64,000 nt of DNA, taken from positions 14,307 through 78,306 of the forward strand of contig CAZUGQ010000011.1 of NCBI GenBank assembly GCA_964620125.1, given 5' to 3'. The notes beneath the pieces were generated by a model. That model was not told the DNA's origin and did not search any database. It saw nothing but the letters and a program-made list of their open reading frames with translations. Origin of the DNA: an uncultured Hyphomicrobiales bacterium. Its GTDB lineage: Bacteria > Bacteroidota > Ignavibacteria > Kapaibacteriales > Kapaibacteriaceae. Position numbers and translations under genes: made by a program. Of the stretch, positions 58,496-64,000 are shown in pieces (position 1 is the first letter of the stretch; every line of letters begins with the position of its first letter).

Positions 58496-60079
58496 ATGAA
58501 CCGCAGACGATTCATCAGAAATCTGGGCGCCTCTGGACTTGCAGTGACGGCGTTGCCAGTGTTCATCGACAGGTTTGCCGTTAGGGCGCTTGCAGGGGGC
58601 GATGGTTCCGTTGGAACGCTGCTGGGTACCACCGATCGCATCCTGGTACTTATACAGCTTGCTGGCGGTAATGACGGTTTGAATACAATCATTCCTGTGG
58701 AGAACGGACAGTATTACGCGAACAGACCGAACCTTGCCATACCCAAGAATCAGACTCTGAAGCTGACCGACACTCTTGGTTGGCACCCAGCCCTTGCTGG
58801 ATTTCGTGATCTCTATGCCAATGGGCAATTGGCCGTTGTGCAAGGGGTAACGTATCCAAATCCTGATCGATCGCACTTTAGAGGTACAGACATCTGGCTC
58901 ACCGCTACTGATGCGGACGTTTTCGGAACGACTGGCTGGGTAGGGAGGTACATGGATGTTCTTGCTCCAGGCTACCCAACGGTGTTGCCCGAACAGCCAC
59001 TTGCCGTGCAGATCGGAAGCTCGCTATCGCTGGGTTTGCAAGGGCCCGGTGGAGCAATGGGTATCACATTCCGTAATCCCGACGAGTTCTACCGCCTGGT
59101 GAATGCAGGTGGAGCCATCGAGGAGGTACCAAGCGCTGATCTTGGCGATACCCCTGCCGCGCGCGAAGTGGAGTTCATGCGCAACGTTGCTAAATCGGCT
59201 GATGTCTATGCAAAGGTTGTTAAGGAGGCTGCGGACAAAGCACCAGCATCTAGTGTGCAATATCCTGGAACGGAGTTAGCATCAGCATTACGCGTTGTAG
59301 CGCAGTTGATTTCCGGAGGGCTCACAAGTAAGGTGTATTTGGTGAGCCTGTCTAACGGATCATTCGACACACACGCAAACCAGTCGAACGGAACAAACCC
59401 AACGGCTGGCCTTCATGCAAACTTGCTGACTGAACTTGATGGTGCCGTGAGTGCCTTCATGGCCGACATGACCAATCAGGGTCACGCCGATCGAATCGCT
59501 GGGATGACGTTCAGTGAGTTTGGCAGGCGAGTGGCCGAGAATGGGTCAATGGGAACTGACCATGGCACGGCTGCACCCCTTCTCGTTTTCGGTTCCAAGG
59601 TAAATGGAGCAGTGTACGGTGCCGATCCGGACTTGGTGAACCTGGACGAACGAGGAGATCTGCTTATGAATTACGATTTCCGAGACGTGTACGCCTCCGT
59701 ACTCCTGCAGTGGTTTGCGGAGCCATCGTCACTTGCGTCGCAGATACTATACAAGGATTTCAGTTCATCGGCATTACCACTGTTCCAAACACCCAGTTCT
59801 GTTTCAGACTCGAGTGGATCGCGCGCACATATCGGCATTACCTCTGTTTCGCCCAATCCTGCGATGGCCGACGTGGCGGTTCGCGTGCACGTTGACCCTC
59901 TGGCGGATGCCGGTATTGATGTTTGTGACCTTGTTGGCAGAGTGGTGATGTCCGTGGCTGTTGACTCTTTTTCGGGTACGGCTCGATTCACGGTACAGCA
60001 TCTACCTGTTGGCACGTATGTACTGTCGTTGCGAAGTGGCAAGGCAGCAGCCCACACATTGCTTTATGTTGGAAGGTAG
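58496..60079 (+). CDS. DUF1501 domain protein with Tat signal and T9SS sorting domain
   Basis: MNRRRFI, QLAGGNDGLN, RSHF, FDTHANQ, FSEFGRR..ENG..GTDHG, DFRDVYA; C-terminal VSPNPA...DLVGR...GTYVL. Confidence 0.92.
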   Translation: MNRRRFIRNLGASGLAVTALPVFIDRFAVRALAGGDGSVGTLLGTTDRILVLIQLAGGNDGLNTIIPVENGQYYANRPNLAIPKNQTLKLTDTLGWHPALAGFRDLYANGQLAVVQGVTYPNPDRSHFRGTDIWLTATDADVFGTTGWVGRYMDVLAPGYPTVLPEQPLAVQIGSSLSLGLQGPGGAMGITFRNPDEFYRLVNAGGAIEEVPSADLGDTPAAREVEFMRNVAKSADVYAKVVKEAADKAPASSVQYPGTELASALRVVAQLISGGLTSKVYLVSLSNGSFDTHANQSNGTNPTAGLHANLLTELDGAVSAFMADMTNQGHADRIAGMTFSEFGRRVAENGSMGTDHGTAAPLLVFGSKVNGAVYGADPDLVNLDERGDLLMNYDFRDVYASVLLQWFAEPSSLASQILYKDFSSSALPLFQTPSSVSDSSGSRAHIGITSVSPNPAMADVAVRVHVDPLADAGIDVCDLVGRVVMSVAVDSFSGTARFTVQHLPVGTYVLSLRSGKAAAHTLLYVGR

Positions 60080-60100
60080 GGTGTTGTGGTGTGTAGCGCT

Positions 60101-60140
60101 CAGTGCAGAAGCCGGTCACATAATTCTGGCTTTTGTATTG
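60101..60140 (+). terminator. Imperfect stem-loop after the DUF1501 gene
   Basis: CAGTGCAGAAGCCGG pairs with CTGGCTTTTGTATTG using G-U pairs. Confidence 0.45.
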
Positions 60141-60296
60141 AATAACCTACCAGAAGATTGAATACGGTTTTGCAGAACGAGTTTGCAGTCCTGTCTATCA
60201 TCGGTTGCTGTGTCCCAAAGCCGCACCAACAATGACGGATGGTCATCGACTACGGAGATTCTCTTCATGCGTTCAACGTCCACTTTACAACCCTCT

Positions 60297-63182
60297 ATGC
60301 GCATAACGTTCATCACGTTACTACTGCTAACAAGCGCCCTTGCGAAAGCTCAGCCCCTTACCAATCCGTACGACTTTTTCATGGGCCCGAACATGGAGAT
60401 GGACACTGGACTGGTGGTGGGTTCATGGGATGGCCCGGACCCTGATCGCATTACGGTCAAGGACGGACACTTTGTGTATCCTGATGGCAGGCCATTTCGA
60501 ATGGTTGGCACAACCATCCAGTATGGAGGATGTTTTCCGGACAGTGCGGCGGCCATTGCCATTGCAAGCCGACTACGAGCTTTGGGAATCAACACAGTGA
60601 GGTTTACCGGATTCGACTATCCGCACTACACTCCCATATCGATTCTTGCTGAAGGGACCAGCACAACAGAAAACGGCTTGCATCCATTTCAGATGGCACT
60701 GTTCGACTGGTTCACGTTTCAGCTGCGACAACGAGGAATTCGATACGGGTTTTCATTTCAGAGTGCATGGGTACCCCGACCGAATGATGGTGTGCGCCAA
60801 CCGGATAGCACTGGCTTTGGTGCACGGATGACCGTGATCTTTGATCCTGTAATCCAGCGCATCCATCGGGATGTGATTCGGCTGCTGCTTTCACACGTGA
60901 ATCCTCACACGGGCTTGGCTTACAAGGATGACCCTGGCTTGATGTTCGTTATGCCACTGGACGATAGTCCGCTCACTGCCTACTGGCTATACACAAAGGA
61001 TATCGTTGAAAACAATCCCAACGGTAATCGCTCGATTGGTTTGCAACATCAGCGATGGATGGATACCTTGTTCTATCAGTATCTGGCTAGTAAGGGGCTT
61101 GCCAACGATGCAGCATTACGAAGTGCGTGGTCGATCACACCTACCAATCCCGTACAACAGATTCGAAATAGTGGCTTTGAAGATCCATTCGATCCCGCAT
61201 GGACGCTGAATGTTAACACAACGAATGGCGGCCAAGCCATCTTGCAGTACACGGAAAGCGACAAGGTGAGCGGCCAGCAAGCCGGTCGGGTACGTATCGG
61301 ACGTTTACCCACACCGGTGAGTGATGGAACCATCAATCTTCTGCAGACCCTGGGCAGTGTACAGCGGCTGCATAAGTACAGGTTATCACTGCATATGAAG
61401 ACATCGTCAACCAAGGGTACCAGAAGGGTTCGTTTGATCATTTACAACAATGGGTATCCATACAACTCCTATGGTCTGAATACAGAGGTAACCATCTCTG
61501 CCACGTGGGCAAAGTACCAGTATGAGTTTCTTGCTTCTTCACTGGATGCCGGCACTGCGGCACTACAGATTCAGATGGGGGGGGATACTGGTGACGTATA
61601 CCTGGACGATGTAACGTTTACCGAAATCGGCGCCGATGGATTACGACCTGGTGAAAGTATCATGAATGGAACGTTGAAGCGCGACGTGTTCTGGGATCCC
61701 AACACGACGCCAGCACGTTTCAAGGCCAATGCTGACTTCTATCGAAACACCTTCGAGAAGATGCTAACCGCTGATCTACGTCTGATTCGCGATACTTTAA
61801 AGAGCCAGACGCTTCTTGTGCCATCATCTCGAACCTACTTTCGGCTTGACCACCAGGCAGCGATGAACTATGATTTCTTTTCGAGTACGGACTGGCGAAA
61901 CTCTAGGACCTCCATGCTGTCGGAACAATACGGTGGTACACTCGCAGCACATGCACAAAACAAGTACGATACAAAGCCACTTGTTTTATGTTTTGTTGGG
62001 ATAGCCTACCCGCTCCCGTATCAGCATGAAGAGGGAATCATCATGCCCGCGTATGCTGGCCTACAGAACTGGGATGGTGTGTTCTTCTCCGTGTTCAACG
62101 AGCAACCTCGTGCCGGTTCGAACAAGGTTGATAGTTTGGGAGTATGGACTATTTATGACAAACCCAACGTGCTCACCCAGCTACCTGCAGCAAGCAACTT
62201 GATACGTAGGCGTGATGTGGTTGAGTCAGAGAAGGTTGTATCCATAAACAACAACCAGGAAACCTTAGACTTCTTTCAGTTTCATCCCAACCCGTATTCG
62301 CTAAGTGTCTTTACAGACAGTCGGCTGCCCTTATATCGCAGAGTTGAAATACGGGAGGCGTTGCAACCAGAAGAGAGTATAACACCGCACCGAGAAGTAA
62401 GTGCGTTAAGTGGTACAACGGTTGACCCCACAACCATGGATGGCGAGAACGGGCAAATCTTCTTTGACGCCAGCAGAGGCGTACTCCGCACTATCAGCCC
62501 TAATTACATCTGCATTGCCGGAAGGCTGCAGGGGCAGATCGTATCGGAGGAGAACATCATTGTTGAGCAAACGAGTGGTACAGCCAACTCTGCAGTAACC
62601 ATTAGTTCACTCACTGATAAGCCCGTGCTGGAGAGTTCTCGCAATCTGCTCGTGATCGGTGGTAGAGGATTAAATGCCGGGTCCGTGCTAGCTGCCGACG
62701 GTACACTGTCATCATGGGGACAAGGCCCGTTTCAACTTGAAGGTAGCTCCCTGCGCATCACTTTGCGAGCACCACAATTTGATAGCTGCCGTGTTTTACC
62801 TCTTGGTTCGGATGCGCGTCCAATAAATCGCGGTGTTGTTGTGGCCAAATCACAAACAGGTCGGTTTAGTCTTGCAATCAACACAGCAACCGACCAAACA
62901 CCGTGGTACCGTGTGGAGTTTTTCAACGTGGCTACGGGTATAGATGAAGATGGTGGCGGTACGATTGTTGTAGCTCCGAACCCGGTTAGCGATCGCTTGT
63001 TCATTCGCTCGGACGGAGTTATCCGATCCTCGCTTCTAGACATGTTTGGCGCTCCGGTGGTTGTGGGTGAAGGGGCCGACGGCATGATGCTTGATGTTTC
63101 GCATGTAGCATCCGGAACCTACGTTTTAGAAACCTTCTGTAACGGAACCCGGAATGTTCAGAAGGTACATGTTGTGCACTAG
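60297..63182 (+). CDS. Secreted GH5-like (clan GH-A) TIM-barrel protein with an inserted CBM4/9-like domain and T9SS sorting domain
   Basis: Signal peptide; DGHF...DG, G.N.VRF, H.NP.TG..YKDDP; NSGFE...W, VYLDDV (CBM); AYAGLQNWDG; VAPNPV...GTYVL. Confidence 0.7.
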   Translation: MRITFITLLLLTSALAKAQPLTNPYDFFMGPNMEMDTGLVVGSWDGPDPDRITVKDGHFVYPDGRPFRMVGTTIQYGGCFPDSAAAIAIASRLRALGINTVRFTGFDYPHYTPISILAEGTSTTENGLHPFQMALFDWFTFQLRQRGIRYGFSFQSAWVPRPNDGVRQPDSTGFGARMTVIFDPVIQRIHRDVIRLLLSHVNPHTGLAYKDDPGLMFVMPLDDSPLTAYWLYTKDIVENNPNGNRSIGLQHQRWMDTLFYQYLASKGLANDAALRSAWSITPTNPVQQIRNSGFEDPFDPAWTLNVNTTNGGQAILQYTESDKVSGQQAGRVRIGRLPTPVSDGTINLLQTLGSVQRLHKYRLSLHMKTSSTKGTRRVRLIIYNNGYPYNSYGLNTEVTISATWAKYQYEFLASSLDAGTAALQIQMGGDTGDVYLDDVTFTEIGADGLRPGESIMNGTLKRDVFWDPNTTPARFKANADFYRNTFEKMLTADLRLIRDTLKSQTLLVPSSRTYFRLDHQAAMNYDFFSSTDWRNSRTSMLSEQYGGTLAAHAQNKYDTKPLVLCFVGIAYPLPYQHEEGIIMPAYAGLQNWDGVFFSVFNEQPRAGSNKVDSLGVWTIYDKPNVLTQLPAASNLIRRRDVVESEKVVSINNNQETLDFFQFHPNPYSLSVFTDSRLPLYRRVEIREALQPEESITPHREVSALSGTTVDPTTMDGENGQIFFDASRGVLRTISPNYICIAGRLQGQIVSEENIIVEQTSGTANSAVTISSLTDKPVLESSRNLLVIGGRGLNAGSVLAADGTLSSWGQGPFQLEGSSLRITLRAPQFDSCRVLPLGSDARPINRGVVVAKSQTGRFSLAINTATDQTPWYRVEFFNVATGIDEDGGGTIVVAPNPVSDRLFIRSDGVIRSSLLDMFGAPVVVGEGADGMMLDVSHVASGTYVLETFCNGTRNVQKVHVVH

Positions 63183-63261
63183 AGTGCTTGGCATGTAGAT
63201 GTTTGGTAGGAGATCCGGGAACGTGATTGAAGGCGTCGGGCGCTATCTAGAGGGTTGATGC

Positions 63262-63765
63262 CTAGTCCATGAACAGGTATGGTCGCCACGTATCGTCAAC
63301 CTTCCCAGCATAGTGCTTTAGGAAGAGCACGTGATGCGGTTTACGCGGAATCGTAAGCAGCTTCATATGAGCTTCTTCCGGTGTTCGGTTGCCCTTTCGG
63401 TTGTTACACCGCACGCAGGCACAAACGAGGTTTTCCCACTGATCAGCACCACCGCGAGACCGAGGAATCACGTGGTCAACCGTAAGTGGTGGCCGGTGAT
63501 CTCCGCAGTACTGGCATTTGAATCCATCTCTGCGAAGGATGTTTTTGCGACTCAGCTCGATCTTCTTGAACGGAACGCGCAGGTAAGCACTCAGGCGGAT
63601 AACACTTGGAAAGGGGAATGTGTCTCGCACGGAGCGGATGGCAACTGCGGAGCGTTGTTCCACCATTTCGGCTTTGGTTAGGAAGAGCAGCAGGAGAGCC
63701 TTCTTGGCGCTACACACGCTGATCGGTTCGTAGCTCTGATTGAGAACCAGTACCTTGCCGTTAAG
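63262..63765 (-). CDS. HNH endonuclease (HNH_5/McrA-like)
   Basis: RDGFKCQYCG, TVDHVIPRSRGG..WENLV.AC..CN..KG.RTP; the family-like LNGKVLVLNQSYEP lies in frame upstream of the GTG at 63717, so the start is uncertain. Confidence 0.88.
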   Translation of the reverse strand, partial: LNGKVLVLNQSYEPISVCSAKKALLLLFLTKAEMVEQRSAVAIRSVRDTFPFPSVIRLSAYLRVPFKKIELSRKNILRRDGFKCQYCGDHRPPLTVDHVIPRSRGGADQWENLVCACVRCNNRKGNRTPEEAHMKLLTIPRKPHHVLFLKHYAGKVDDTWRPYLFMD

Positions 63766-63926
63766 AGAGTACGCCGTTTCCGCCGACTGGCGGTTACCAA
63801 ATGGATGGAGATGAGTTACGGCTATACTGAAGGCTGCTTTCTCCTTTCCGCTAAAATAGTATCAGCAACGGTATTTTCGTGCGATTGGTAGAAGGTGATT
63901 TCGTACTCTTCACACTTAGGAGAACA

Positions 63927-64000
63927 TGGAGCGGGTACCAGCAGTTCTGGCCTTGGAAAACGGACGTGTCTTTCATGGTGAGGCCATCGGGGCCATCGGT
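63927..64000 (+). CDS. carA: Carbamoyl-phosphate synthase small subunit (5' end only, truncated by the window edge)
   Basis: AGGAGA RBS, then MERVPAVLALENGRVFHGEAIGAI, matching the CarA N-terminal A.L.LE.G..F.G...GA pattern. Confidence 0.75.

Noticed and set aside
63262-63765. HNH nuclease as part of a defence island or mobile element
   Set aside because: No methyltransferase, integrase, cas or toxin-antitoxin genes nearby; it sits next to carA

Overview
A gene-dense, mostly housekeeping bacterial window with about 62 CDSs and shuffled, mixed-function operons. I found no rRNA, tRNA, CRISPR array, transposase or prophage. Repeated TAnnTTTG promoter elements, several T9SS type-A C-terminal sorting domains and a Bacteroidota-type RpoZ point to the Bacteroidota/FCB group; a Kapabacteria-like lineage is my inference. 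Core genes include der, dcd, coaBC, rpoZ, panB, lpxH, hutH, cdsA, groES-groEL (with a CIRCE element), maf, plsY, lysC and the start of carA. The most notable observations are: (1) a co-directional cluster at 20091-23602 encoding a Cyc2-like monoheme cytochrome/beta-barrel fusion, a Tat-exported Rieske lipoprotein and a monoheme lipoprotein, a candidate trans-envelope electron-transfer module; (2) two perfect REP-like palindromes with a compensatory change, in frame inside an ABC-F gene; (3) G-rich 9-bp and telomere-like 8-bp tandem repeats abutting the dcd promoter, with the same 9-mer recurring in the SIMPL signal peptide; (4) an FAD oxidoreductase coupled to a YtqB/MnmM-like methyltransferase, a candidate split MnmC; (5) a DUF1800/DUF1501 pair in which DUF1501 has both a Tat signal and a T9SS domain; (6) a secreted GH5-like/CBM protein that appears to lack its catalytic glutamates; (7) a persulfide-oxidation operon next to a Crp/Fnr regulator. 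All family calls come from motif recognition by eye; no database searches were run.
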